Below are positions 25,756-35,429 of a stretch of 64,000 nt of DNA, in pieces. Every line of letters starts with the position of its first letter. The stretch's first letter is position 1. The position numbers and the translations under genes are program-made. Below the pieces are notes generated by a model, which ran no database searches, had not been told where the DNA came from, and saw nothing but the letters and a program-made list of their open reading frames with translations. Origin of the DNA: Roseibacillus sp. (lineage in GTDB: Bacteria > Verrucomicrobiota > Verrucomicrobiia > Verrucomicrobiales > Akkermansiaceae); the NCBI GenBank assembly GCA_051251855.1, contig JBPOGI010000003.1:448001-512000 (forward strand). The letters are read 5' to 3'.

Positions 25756-28700
25756 CTATTGGTCGACTCGGATTCGGATAAATCTTCGGTCCTCATCCAT
25801 GGGAGCGGTGACGGTGACGGTTTCGATGGTGCCGTCATCCCCTGAGACCACTTCGGTGAGGTTGGTTGTGAGCCAGCTCGTTTCGGTGAGGTTGGGGGAC
25901 CATTCGGCGAAGACGTTCACTCCGTCTAATTTGCGGCGGGTGTAGGTGAGAGTCATTTCAGTTGCGCTCGATAGAAGCGTTTTGATGGGGGAGTCTAGGA
26001 CAAGAGGGTCTGTTCCGAAAAACCATTCTGCCTCGTTGTTTTGGCTATCATTATCTGCGTTGCCTTGTGCGCCGGCTTCGGACGGTTCAAGGCCGTAGCT
26101 TGCCAGCCAGTCAAAGGGGACCCCGTTGACCGTGGTGTTGCTGGAAATGATCTTCAGGTTATCAATTGAAGGGTCGGCTGCGTTCCAGAGTAAGGTGGCG
26201 GTGCGGAATCGGAGTCGTACGTCAGAGTTTCCGGCATAAGGGGTGAGGTCGACGACGGCTTTGAGCCAAGGCTCACCACTGCTCGATTGTTGAGGACCGT
26301 CCTTGAGCCAAATATCTTCTACCCAGCCTGAGCCATCGTTGATGTCGACCGCCAGATAGTCGATGTAGAAGCCGTACATGTGGTAGTCGAAGGTCAGTTC
26401 GGTAGCGCTCGCCGAGCTAAGGTCGAAGCGAGCCTCGACAGAGGAGTTTTGATAGGAGCCAGTGGTATCATGACCTTCGGCGTAGAGGTAGTAGCTGCCA
26501 TCGGAGGCTCCATTGGGGCCGGCTAGGGGGGTAGATGTGCCGCCACTGTTAAGGGTCCAATCGTAATCGTCGTTAGTAGATTGCACCCAGCCCCCGATGC
26601 CATCCTCAAAGCTTTCTGTGTAAGGGAGAGCGAGTGGTCCGTCTACTGTGATGTTGTCGATGGAGATGTCTGAGACATGCCAATATTTCTGCTTTGCTCG
26701 GAAACGGAGAGTGACCTCGTCATTGCCGACATAGGCAGAGAGATCGACTACCGCGTTCAACCAGGGGTTCTCGCTGCTCACTTGTTGGGCATTCGTGCGC
26801 AGCCACGCATTCGTGGTCCATGTGGTACCGTCGTAGATGTCGACCGCAAGGTAGTCGATGTTCACCCCGAACATGTGGTATTCGAAGCTGAGTTCTGCGC
26901 TGGAGACTCGGCTCAGGTCAAAGATGGCATCGATTTGAGCCACCTTGTTGTGGACGTTGTAAGAGTCATGCGGTTCGATATAGAGATACCAATTTCCTTC
27001 CGAGGCCGCACTGGGGCCTGTGCCTTCTGTAGTGGTGCCGCCGCTATTGCGCGTCCAATCCATCTCATCGCTTTGCGATTGAATCCAAGCTCCGAACCCG
27101 TTTTCAAAACTTTCGGCATAGGGAAGGCTTACGATGGGTGTGCCAATGATGAAGGCTCCGCTATCGATCGAAGTACTGCCATTCAAGGTCACTCGAATGG
27201 TGTAATCCGCTGCGCCCGTCACGTTTGGGACGGTCCAGTCATACCAACGCTCTTCGCCCGAAAGCCCCGAGGCGATGGTAGAATGAAAGATTCCGCCCTG
27301 ATAGAGTTCGAGGGCGACGGAGTCGGAGTGGTCGCCGCCGTGCCAGAAAATGGTGATGGCGTTCGTAGGTGCAAGTTCTGTACCTGAGGCAGGTTCAAGA
27401 ACGGCCAAGGGCGAGCGGGTTTTGCGGTTGACCAAGACTTGATTGTTGTTCGAGAGATACTGAGCGTTTTGAGCCCCCAGTTGGGAGTTGGTGCCGTCGA
27501 ATCCCGAGCCGAGCTCTCCAATGATTCCGTCGGTAACCAGCTGCTGGTCGTAGGCTGGTGAGGCACTGGTATCGGTGGCATCAAAGCCGTCGACCGCTCC
27601 GGTGAGAGCGCCGTTGTAACTGACACTAGGATTGGAAAAGTAAGGAATGCGGCTGCCTCCCCAACCACTACTGTAGGCCATAATGGTAGAAATCTTGGTG
27701 CCGTTTGAAGTTCGGAAGCGCCAACCGTAGTTATCGACATTCTTTGGATTGGAGCTGCTGCCCCCAGGGGTGTCACCCCAAGCATGTCTGAGACCCATAT
27801 TGTGACCGAGCTCGTGAGCAAAGGTCAGACGGGTAGAAGTCATATAAGTGCGCGACACGATCGAGTAGGCTCCAGGGCGTCCGGCAATGCCTGCCGTGCC
27901 ACTGATGACGCCGTTAGAGATAAAGGTTGCTAGGTCAGCCCCGAGTTCCTCTTGGAGATCGGTCATGGTATCGAGGATGCCGTTAGTGGTTTGTCTGAGG
28001 TCAATCAGCATGTCTTGCATATCGCTATAATTTGCATCCGAGAAGGTGGCGTCGGGTTCTTCGAGCATGGCGAGTAGTGAGCAAAAATAGTTTCCGGCCT
28101 CACTGTTATCCATGGCCAGATTGAGTCGATCGACAGAGGCTATGATTTTGGCCTCCATCGCGGCGGTGCCCCCTTCGCTGATACGAGCTTCGGCACTGTA
28201 GCCGACGACGAGGTCGAATGGGTTGGAACCAGCGGGAGCAGCTAATAATTCACCTTGAATTTCATCGTTCAAGATCGCTTCGCTTTCAAAGGCAGAAGCA
28301 TTAGCAGCGAGAAGCTCAGGGGCACAACCGGCGCAACCTGCTTCAAAGCTATAGGGGTTCAAGCGACGAATCGCGACTTGCCCGTTTCCTGCTGTCCCGA
28401 ATTCGTAGTGAATATTGGAGTCGTGAAATGCGATGGAACCAGAAACGGCGCCATCATGGAAAACCAAGAGAACGTCACTGTAGCTTTCATTGACCACTTG
28501 GCCGGTGAGGGTGGTGGTGTGTTCTCCGCGAGTGACGACTTGGTCAAATGTAACGAGGACCTCGGCATCTTGTGAGAGGGGAATACGTATCATGCTATCG
28601 GAGGAATTCAGGAAAGACGCGAGAGCATCGGCGTCGAAGCTGGTTTCGATGGCAGACAGGGTGTGCTCGTTGAAGGTCAGGGGGCCGGAGGAGGCTTGCG

Positions 28701-29046
28701 GTGTTGGACTGAAGAGCACCTCGGGGGAGATGCCATCTGGCTCGGCTTTGCGTTCTGAGACGACGGCTTCTGCGACGAGTAAGCGCTGATGACTCCCGCG
28801 TCGGAGTTGGCTGAATTTAGCTGCGAATGCGTTGGTTTCTTGGGGTGACGAATTTTGATGAAGGTTGGGCTGAACCGAAGGCCTTTCGCCCCGCGTGGAT
28901 GCTTGCTGACTTTTCGCCTCATTCCTGCTGGTTGGCGCTTGAGCTTTGATGGCCTGCTCTTTCGTTCGGGGAGCGAGGAGAAGGAGGCACCCGATGAGCA
29001 GAAGGCTGAGACTGGCTAGGAGTGGGGAGGTTCTGCGGGAAATCAT
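25756..29046 (-). CDS. reprolysin-like (M12B) zinc metallopeptidase with two MAM domains and C-terminal verrucomicrobial domain
   Basis: 'HELGHNMGLRH' and Met-turn 'TIMAY'; two 'LPY.ESFE.G.G.W.QS..D..DWT...GT....GP..A..G..YLY.E...F.YHM.G' MAM repeats; ends 'RRFIRIRVDQ'. Confidence 0.9.
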   Translation of the reverse strand: MISRRTSPLLASLSLLLIGCLLLLAPRTKEQAIKAQAPTSRNEAKSQQASTRGERPSVQPNLHQNSSPQETNAFAAKFSQLRRGSHQRLLVAEAVVSERKAEPDGISPEVLFSPTPQASSGPLTFNEHTLSAIETSFDADALASFLNSSDSMIRIPLSQDAEVLVTFDQVVTRGEHTTTLTGQVVNESYSDVLLVFHDGAVSGSIAFHDSNIHYEFGTAGNGQVAIRRLNPYSFEAGCAGCAPELLAANASAFESEAILNDEIQGELLAAPAGSNPFDLVVGYSAEARISEGGTAAMEAKIIASVDRLNLAMDNSEAGNYFCSLLAMLEEPDATFSDANYSDMQDMLIDLRQTTNGILDTMTDLQEELGADLATFISNGVISGTAGIAGRPGAYSIVSRTYMTSTRLTFAHELGHNMGLRHAWGDTPGGSSSNPKNVDNYGWRFRTSNGTKISTIMAYSSGWGGSRIPYFSNPSVSYNGALTGAVDGFDATDTSASPAYDQQLVTDGIIGELGSGFDGTNSQLGAQNAQYLSNNNQVLVNRKTRSPLAVLEPASGTELAPTNAITIFWHGGDHSDSVALELYQGGIFHSTIASGLSGEERWYDWTVPNVTGAADYTIRVTLNGSTSIDSGAFIIGTPIVSLPYAESFENGFGAWIQSQSDEMDWTRNSGGTTTEGTGPSAASEGNWYLYIEPHDSYNVHNKVAQIDAIFDLSRVSSAELSFEYHMFGVNIDYLAVDIYDGTTWTTNAWLRTNAQQVSSENPWLNAVVDLSAYVGNDEVTLRFRAKQKYWHVSDISIDNITVDGPLALPYTESFEDGIGGWVQSTNDDYDWTLNSGGTSTPLAGPNGASDGSYYLYAEGHDTTGSYQNSSVEARFDLSSASATELTFDYHMYGFYIDYLAVDINDGSGWVEDIWLKDGPQQSSSGEPWLKAVVDLTPYAGNSDVRLRFRTATLLWNAADPSIDNLKIISSNTTVNGVPFDWLASYGLEPSEAGAQGNADNDSQNNEAEWFFGTDPLVLDSPIKTLLSSATEMTLTYTRRKLDGVNVFAEWSPNLTETSWLTTNLTEVVSGDDGTIETVTVTAPMDEDRRFIRIRVDQ

Positions 29047-29291
29047 GGTTGGTAGTGCCCATCGAGAGAGCCTATTGAAAGGATACGGGCGTCCGAACTT
29101 GGAATCAAGGAGCCAGTTTTGTGCTGATAATCGCCAGGAGAGTTCGTTTTTCTCTCATCGCAGAGGAATGGGGAGGACGTCCGAATGCGGGCGCGGAGTT
29201 GGTGGAGATCCCGTGAGCCGAGGGAGGAAAAATGTCTTTTCAGCCCGCTTTGCGGCCAGAGCGGCTGCGGAGAGTGACGAGCTGGGTGAAG

Positions 29292-29558
29292 TTATTCGCC
29301 TGACTTAGGTTTTGACTCCTTCTTAGGCTCGGAGGCGGCTTTGTCCTTTTTGGCTCCGTCAGTATAGGACTTGGAGCGATAGTCGGTTTCGTAGAAGCCT
29401 CCACCTTTGAAGATGATGCCGCCGCCGGTGCCGAGAAGCCGCTTAATTGGACCTTCACAGTTGTCCTGAGGGCAATCGGTGAGCTTGTCGTCGCTCATTT
29501 TCTGGAAGACCTCAAAGGTGTGGCCGCAGGTCTGGCAGCGATAGTCGTAGTTGGGCAT
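29292..29558 (-). CDS. FmdB family zinc-ribbon protein
   Basis: 'MPNYDYRCQTCGHTFEVFQKMSD...CP...C...FKGGGFYETDY'. Confidence 0.9.
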   Translation of the reverse strand: MPNYDYRCQTCGHTFEVFQKMSDDKLTDCPQDNCEGPIKRLLGTGGGIIFKGGGFYETDYRSKSYTDGAKKDKAASEPKKESKPKSGE

Positions 29559-29681
29559 GGCAATTTTTTTGTTGCAGGGAAGGTGGAAGTATCATGATTT
29601 TCCGTGCGTGCAAGATCCGGATCAGGTGTGAATTGAATACCTCGAGATTTGCGCTAGTCTTACCCCCAACCCCAAAAAGCT

Positions 29682-30305
29682 ATGAAAAACCGTCTTCTTT
29701 CTTTCCTCGCGATTTTAACTCCCCTGACTTTTGTGGCCTGTGTGCCTGTGGATGGCCCTGCTGCAGGTGGGGGATCCGGTGGTTCTGGTTACTTGGCGGG
29801 AATTCGAACTTCGACTGGATATGATGGCTCGGCAGTAAATCCGAATGAGGCGGCTTCGTTTTGGGATGGGGATGGAGTTGCGGGCTCTCCCAAGATTCGA
29901 ATCAATCTCGGGGAGCAGAAGGCCTACTATTACAAAGGCAGCCAGTTGGTGGGGCTTTCGCCTGTTTCGACAGGGATTGAGGGTCGCCGGACTCCAAGAG
30001 GTTCTTACAAAATTTCCCAGAAAAGCCCTGACCACAAGTCTTCGCTCTATGGAGTGATTAAGAACGTGGCGACCGGTGAGGTTGTGAACGATGACGCGGA
30101 TACCCGAAAGCATCGCGCAGGACCGGGAGAGGTTTTCGAGCGTGCCCCTATGCCTTACTTTATGCGCTTCAATGGGGGAATTGGAATGCACACCGGCTTT
30201 TTGCCAGGGTATGCGGCTTCACACGGTTGTGTGCGGATGCCTGATAAGATGGCGAAGGTGTTCTTTGAGAATACTCCCGTTGGGACTCCGGTGATCGTGG
30301 AGTAG
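29682..30305 (+). CDS. L,D-transpeptidase (YkuD) family lipoprotein
   Basis: Lipobox 'FVAC'; 'VSTG...TPRG', 'MPYFMRF', catalytic 'MHTG...ASHGCVRM'. Confidence 0.9.
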   Translation: MKNRLLSFLAILTPLTFVACVPVDGPAAGGGSGGSGYLAGIRTSTGYDGSAVNPNEAASFWDGDGVAGSPKIRINLGEQKAYYYKGSQLVGLSPVSTGIEGRRTPRGSYKISQKSPDHKSSLYGVIKNVATGEVVNDDADTRKHRAGPGEVFERAPMPYFMRFNGGIGMHTGFLPGYAASHGCVRMPDKMAKVFFENTPVGTPVIVE

Positions 30306-30360
30306 TCTGTTACCTGAGACTTTTCTTCTCCCTCTTCAAAAATGAGGGAAGAAATCTATA

Positions 30361-30632
30361 ATACCATTCTCACAGTTAAATCGATGTAATGGTTTTATTT
30401 TTGGTCCTAAGAAAAGCGCTGCGCGAGCACTCAGAAAGTCGGGCCAAGTTTCCCAATACCCGTGTTGCTTGCTGCTCCCCCCCCGGGTCGCACCCTTCGG
30501 GTTGCCTTGGCAGGCAAGCTATCTCGCTCCGCTTGTTTCTTGGTCAGAGTGCTAGCACTCCTCCCTCGGCGCGCCTTGGTCTTGGAAATCCTGACTCCGA
30601 CCATTACACCAATTTAACTGCTCAAACGGTAT
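30361..30632. mobile_element. MITE-like (ERIC-type) non-autonomous palindromic element
   Basis: Imperfect 33-bp terminal inverted repeats: ATACCATTCTCACAGTTAAATCGATGTAATGGT (30361-30393) versus reverse complement of 30600-30632 ATACCGTTTGAGCAGTTAAATTGGTGTAATGGT; no credible ORF; lies between convergent genes. Confidence 0.6.
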
Positions 30633-30717
30633 AAGCACCGCTTTGTGACCAAAACGGCACTAGAGATGAGTTTAGTTACCGAAACACAGAAGTGCGGTAA
30701 GCTCTCGAGGAAGCGCG

Positions 30718-33700
30718 CTAGCTCTTTCCGAAGAGTAATTTTCCGGTGGCTCCGGCAACAATGAGAAGGAAGATGATGGCTAAGATGGCCATCGGGAAGG
30801 TGTTATAGATGTTTCCCTTGGGAAGGTCACCGATGACGGCAGGCGCCAGTTCGGTCGTTGCGGTTTCGGCGACTGCGGTGAGTGGGTCAATGAGGTCGGC
30901 GACGGTCAGCATGGGCTGTCCCACTTCGTCACGGTGAGCAGCGACCATCTCTGGGGTGACTGCAGAAGCGCTGTTGCCAAAAGAGTTGCGCACGTATGTG
31001 AGAACGGCGGCGATTTGCTCGTCGGTCTGGAAGGAGAGAGGGCCCATGACTCCGGCTGGGTAGTCGACCTTGTTAACAGTGATGGGGCCAGTGAGACCGC
31101 GAAGTTGGATGCGAACGAGGTTTTCGACGGGACCGGTCACCCACTCTGACTTGGCAAAAGGAGGTCCTAGGTTAGGGACGCCAGCACCTTCGGGTCCGTG
31201 ACATGCGGCACAAGTCATGTATTGAGCTTTGCCAAGTTCCCAGACAGCTGGGTCGATGCCTTCTGGGACGCCAGCAGCGGCGGGAGTGGCAGATGCGTTC
31301 TCAGCGGGGGCGGGCGTTGGGGTGGTTTCTTCAGCCATATCGATTTGGTTCGGTGCAGAAGAGGGATGATAGCGTTTGGGCTCTTGGGCAAGTGGTTTTT
31401 TGTTCGAAGGCGCAATCTTGAGGCTGGAGAGGTAGGCAACGACGTCGCGAATCTCTTCGGAAGGGAGAAGTTGATGCATCGCGGGCATGGGAGAAAGGGG
31501 TTGAGAGGCGGTATCGAGGTCCTCACGGAGGACGCGGAGAGCTTTTCCTTTTACCAGAAGATCAATGTGCTCTGGCTTTTCGTAGAGGAGAGTGCCGGCA
31601 AGGATTTCGCCGTTGTTGAGGGTAAGGGTGATAGGTGAAAAGCCGGGAGCGATGGTGGCCGAGGGTTGTACGAGAGCTTCGAGAAGATAGCGGGGAGGTT
31701 GGTTGCCGATGTCGGAGAGGTGGGGGCCGGCCATTCCATCAGCGTTGATCTTAGGATCAGAGGCATGGCAGCGGGCGCATTGGGCAGCAGGGTGGCTGGC
31801 AAAAAGGGCGGCGCCTTTGGCAGCGTTGCCTCCATGTAAGCTGGCGATGAAAGGGGCGAGGGGATCGTCAGCGAGGGAGTCTTGATAGGCTTTGAGAGCA
31901 TCGTGGGCGGCATGATGGGTGCTTACTTTGGCGGCGAGGGTCATCTCGAGCTCGATGCTGTGGTCGGGGTTTTCTTTTTCGCGCAAGCGGTCGAAGTAGG
32001 CGACGAGTAAGAGGGGGACTTCGGGGTGGGGGTGAGTGGCGAGTTGGAGAGCGGCTCCTTGGCGGAGGGCGGGGTTCTTCGCATGAAGGGCTTGGCTGAG
32101 GTAGGGGAAGGAGGCTTCGGGTTGGTGCGCGGTGAGAAGAGTCAAGGCATCGAGAGTGAGGGGAGTGGGAATGGCGTCTTTATCGAGAATTTTGATGAGA
32201 AGAGGCGTGATGACGAAGGTGTCGTCGTTGGCGAGAAGCTTGAGAGCGATGGAACGTGCTTCGTTGGGAATTTTCTTGTTTTGAACTAGGCCGAGAAGGT
32301 TGTCGGTATTGAGGTTGGTGGGAGAGATTTCGTAGTGCGCTAAGAGTGCGATGGCCTCGTTGAGAACGGGGCTGTCCGGGTGAAGGAAGGGCATGAGTTG
32401 TCCTTCTAACAAGGGACGGATGTCGGAGAGTGGACGAGGTCCGAGGGGGGCGTGACGCCCAAGGGATTGGTCGACGGGAAAGGGCTGGGTCCACTGGCGA
32501 AGGAGTCGCAGTGCTTCTTTGCGCTCGGCGAGAGGGACTTTGGGAGTGTTGGCAATGGTGAGTAGGCGGGCGGCATTCTTCTCACCACTGAGCCGGAAGG
32601 TGGAGTGAATAAGACGACGCCAAATGAAGGGGGGGACTTGAGAGTCTTCTTTTTGCAAAAGCTCGTCGACGACGGCGATGAGAGCGGGACGGGCCGCCTC
32701 GATGGGGGTGTCGTGAATGATACGAATGGCCTCATGACGAATGCCCGGGGTGTGGTCGAAAAGGAATCGGTTAACGCCAGTGTGTCTGAGGCGGTGCAGG
32801 GCAAGGAGAGTAGGGAGACGCATCGCGGGTAGGGCGTGGCCAGAGAGGGTGACGAGTTCTTGTTCGCTAGCACAACCCGTTAGACCCACTACGGCGGCGT
32901 GGCGGAGGTAGGGGTCATTTCGATCTCCGGCATGGAGGGCGAGGGTGAGAAGGGGCTCGAAGGCCTCTTTCACCCGTAGGCGCCCGAGGGAAAGGGCGGC
33001 GAAGAAGCGGACGCGTTCCGAAGAGTCGGTGAGGGCTTCGATGAGGCGAGTGGCGTCTTTGACGGGGGCCTCGCCGAGAGCTTTGGCTGCTTGAGCGCGG
33101 AGTTCGGGGTCGGGGCTTTTTAGCAAGCCAATGAGGGCGGCGGTGGCGTAGGGGTCTTTGTTCTTTCGCGCCAACATGGCGAGACCCCAAGTGGCATGCA
33201 GGCGAGCGACAGGAGTGTTGTCGTCGCGAAGCTCGTCGTCGAAGTCGAGGGGCGGGAGAAGGAGGTTTTCGGGAGGGAGGTCGAGGAGTTCGTTGCGCAG
33301 GTGGAGCTGGGAATAGAAGGAAGAAAGGGCTTTGGGTTTTTCGGAGAGGGCAACTTGAGCGCGCAAGCGGATCCGTTGATCAGGATGCGAGAGAAGGGTC
33401 ATGAGTTCTTCCTCGTTTCGCTGGCGGAAGCCTTCGCTCATGATTTGAGCGACTTCGGCGGCCTGTGGGTGATGCTCGTCGGGATTGAGTGCGATAACGC
33501 GCCCTTGTTGGGCCGAGACCCAGCCTGTAACGAAGTCGGTGAGGTAGGTGGTGCCTTGAAAGCCGAAGTCGATGTCGGTGGCACCAAGGCCCCAGGTGAA
33601 TTTTTCGCGTTTGGTGAGTTGATAGGAAGCCTCGTGAGGCTGCACGGAAAAGGCGTGAACGCCAGAGGCTGAGGGACCGCCTTTGTAGTCGCAAACGAAG

Positions 33701-35298
33701 AAGTGGTTCTCGAATTTTCCTCCTAAGGCGGTGCCGGGTTGGAAGGCAAGACCTGAGGGACCGTTACTGAAGTGGGCGATAGGAGGGAGCATCCATGCGG
33801 GTTGCTTGGGGTTGGCGAGGTCCCACATGCGGTCGGTCATCCAACGACTGGGAGGGACGTTCTCGAGTCCGACTTGGCGGTGAAAGGTATTGAGGGTCTG
33901 GTGGTCGGTGCGCCAACCGGAATCGGCACCTTCGACGAGATAGACAAGGCGAGCGAGGTCACCGAGGTCGGCGTTGTTGTCGACGGAAAAGGCGTCACCG
34001 ACTTCGTTGAAAGCAATTTCCTTGGGGTTACGGAGACCGGTGTGGAAGATTTCGAATCCTGATCCGTCAGGCTCGAAGCGAAAGGCAGCTCCCTGATCGG
34101 CGAGTGGATAATGGGAGCCTTCGGCGGTGGTGAGGTTCATGCCGCGGTCACCCATGGTTCCGTAGATGCGACCGTCGGGTCCGAGGGTGAATCCGTTGAG
34201 GTCGTGACCGGAGAGTGAGACACGCACCCCGAAGCCGTCTTGGATAATGAGACGTTCGTCACCGCTGACTTTGCCGTCGTTGTTGAGGTCAGAGAGCGCC
34301 CAGATGTTGGGAATGCAGGCAAAGTAGATGACGTCTTCGTAGGCGAAGACTCCCGCAGCGGTTCCGTCTAACAAGTCGTTGAATTCATCTGCAAAAATGG
34401 TGCTTTCGTCTGCGCTACCATCGTTGTCGTTGTCGCGGAGGCGGCGGACGACTTCGCTTTTTTCGGTGAGCTTTTTGAGAGGGACTTCATGCTGCCACTT
34501 CTGATGGAGGAGGCGGCGATCGTCAGGGGAGCGGGAAGCGATGTCATCGAGTAGCCAATAGAGGTTGTCACGATTGTCTTCTACGCCGTGTCGAAAGCGA
34601 TTGCTCTCGGAGAGGAAGAGGGTGCCGTCCTCGGCAATGGTGAGGGCGGTGGGAGAAGTGACGGAGTGAGTCTTGTGGTCCGCAAAAATGGTGGCGGTTG
34701 TCCCTTCGGGAATGATGAGCCCAGGCAGGAGTGGAGAGCTCTTTAGACCAGGTTCAAAGGCTTTCCCTTCGCGGGTGGAGTTAGGGAAGAGGGGGTTGGC
34801 TCCCGGGTGTTCGAGGAGGTGGTCGATCAGGAGGAACCCAGTTTCGCTGTAGTCGTAGCATCGGATGCGGACCTTTTTGCCCTGCCACTGTTTGACAGGC
34901 CAGGTGACTCTTTTGAGGTCAAGCCCCGCTTGAGGGTTGGAATTTTTGACGACTTGGTCGCCCACGAGGAGTTCGACTCCGACCGCATCACTGCTCCCCC
35001 CGATTTTGAAGCTGAGGAAGGGTTTAGAAAGTTTGAATTCGGGGGAGGTAAGGGTGCCGGTAGCGGCCACGCCACCGACTGCCGAGCACCCAAAGGATTC
35101 TTTGCAATAGCCACGAGCGACTCCATTGATTTCTTCTGGGAGTTCCGTGCAAGGACCGACCCCGAAGGCATCTCCTTCCAACTGCCAGTCTTTAAAACCG
35201 TCCCCTTCAAATGAAAGGAGAGATGGGGCGGGAGGTTTTTCCTTATCGACGCCGAGTAGAGTGACTGAGCTAAGGAGGAGAAGGAAGAAGGTACGCAT
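30718..35298 (-). CDS. PVC-type heme-binding CxxCH protein (dehydrogenase propeller + HEAT repeats + two cytochrome c domains + C-terminal TM anchor)
   Basis: Signal peptide; 'GHDLNG..LGPDGRIY', 'GLRNP', HEAT repeats, heme motifs 'CARCH' and 'CAACH', hydrophobic C-terminus. Confidence 0.88.
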   Translation of the reverse strand: MRTFFLLLLSSVTLLGVDKEKPPAPSLLSFEGDGFKDWQLEGDAFGVGPCTELPEEINGVARGYCKESFGCSAVGGVAATGTLTSPEFKLSKPFLSFKIGGSSDAVGVELLVGDQVVKNSNPQAGLDLKRVTWPVKQWQGKKVRIRCYDYSETGFLLIDHLLEHPGANPLFPNSTREGKAFEPGLKSSPLLPGLIIPEGTTATIFADHKTHSVTSPTALTIAEDGTLFLSESNRFRHGVEDNRDNLYWLLDDIASRSPDDRRLLHQKWQHEVPLKKLTEKSEVVRRLRDNDNDGSADESTIFADEFNDLLDGTAAGVFAYEDVIYFACIPNIWALSDLNNDGKVSGDERLIIQDGFGVRVSLSGHDLNGFTLGPDGRIYGTMGDRGMNLTTAEGSHYPLADQGAAFRFEPDGSGFEIFHTGLRNPKEIAFNEVGDAFSVDNNADLGDLARLVYLVEGADSGWRTDHQTLNTFHRQVGLENVPPSRWMTDRMWDLANPKQPAWMLPPIAHFSNGPSGLAFQPGTALGGKFENHFFVCDYKGGPSASGVHAFSVQPHEASYQLTKREKFTWGLGATDIDFGFQGTTYLTDFVTGWVSAQQGRVIALNPDEHHPQAAEVAQIMSEGFRQRNEEELMTLLSHPDQRIRLRAQVALSEKPKALSSFYSQLHLRNELLDLPPENLLLPPLDFDDELRDDNTPVARLHATWGLAMLARKNKDPYATAALIGLLKSPDPELRAQAAKALGEAPVKDATRLIEALTDSSERVRFFAALSLGRLRVKEAFEPLLTLALHAGDRNDPYLRHAAVVGLTGCASEQELVTLSGHALPAMRLPTLLALHRLRHTGVNRFLFDHTPGIRHEAIRIIHDTPIEAARPALIAVVDELLQKEDSQVPPFIWRRLIHSTFRLSGEKNAARLLTIANTPKVPLAERKEALRLLRQWTQPFPVDQSLGRHAPLGPRPLSDIRPLLEGQLMPFLHPDSPVLNEAIALLAHYEISPTNLNTDNLLGLVQNKKIPNEARSIALKLLANDDTFVITPLLIKILDKDAIPTPLTLDALTLLTAHQPEASFPYLSQALHAKNPALRQGAALQLATHPHPEVPLLLVAYFDRLREKENPDHSIELEMTLAAKVSTHHAAHDALKAYQDSLADDPLAPFIASLHGGNAAKGAALFASHPAAQCARCHASDPKINADGMAGPHLSDIGNQPPRYLLEALVQPSATIAPGFSPITLTLNNGEILAGTLLYEKPEHIDLLVKGKALRVLREDLDTASQPLSPMPAMHQLLPSEEIRDVVAYLSSLKIAPSNKKPLAQEPKRYHPSSAPNQIDMAEETTPTPAPAENASATPAAAGVPEGIDPAVWELGKAQYMTCAACHGPEGAGVPNLGPPFAKSEWVTGPVENLVRIQLRGLTGPITVNKVDYPAGVMGPLSFQTDEQIAAVLTYVRNSFGNSASAVTPEMVAAHRDEVGQPMLTVADLIDPLTAVAETATTELAPAVIGDLPKGNIYNTFPMAILAIIFLLIVAGATGKLLFGKS

Positions 35299-35429
35299 CA
35301 GAAGGACGAAGGTTAGCGTTGTTGTGATAAATTTCGACTGGGAATTTCATCCAGAGGAGGAAGAGGGGGTGGGAGAGGAAGCTCGTCTCTTCAAAACTTC
35401 AATTCCGGCGATTCAAGGCTCGCAACGGG

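Noticed and set aside
26150..27130. Two ~490-bp similar segments considered as a DNA repeat or array
   Set aside because: They are the tandem MAM domains within the metalloprotease coding sequence
30389..30634. 81-aa ORF
   Set aside because: Lies entirely inside the MITE-like palindrome; no protein-like features
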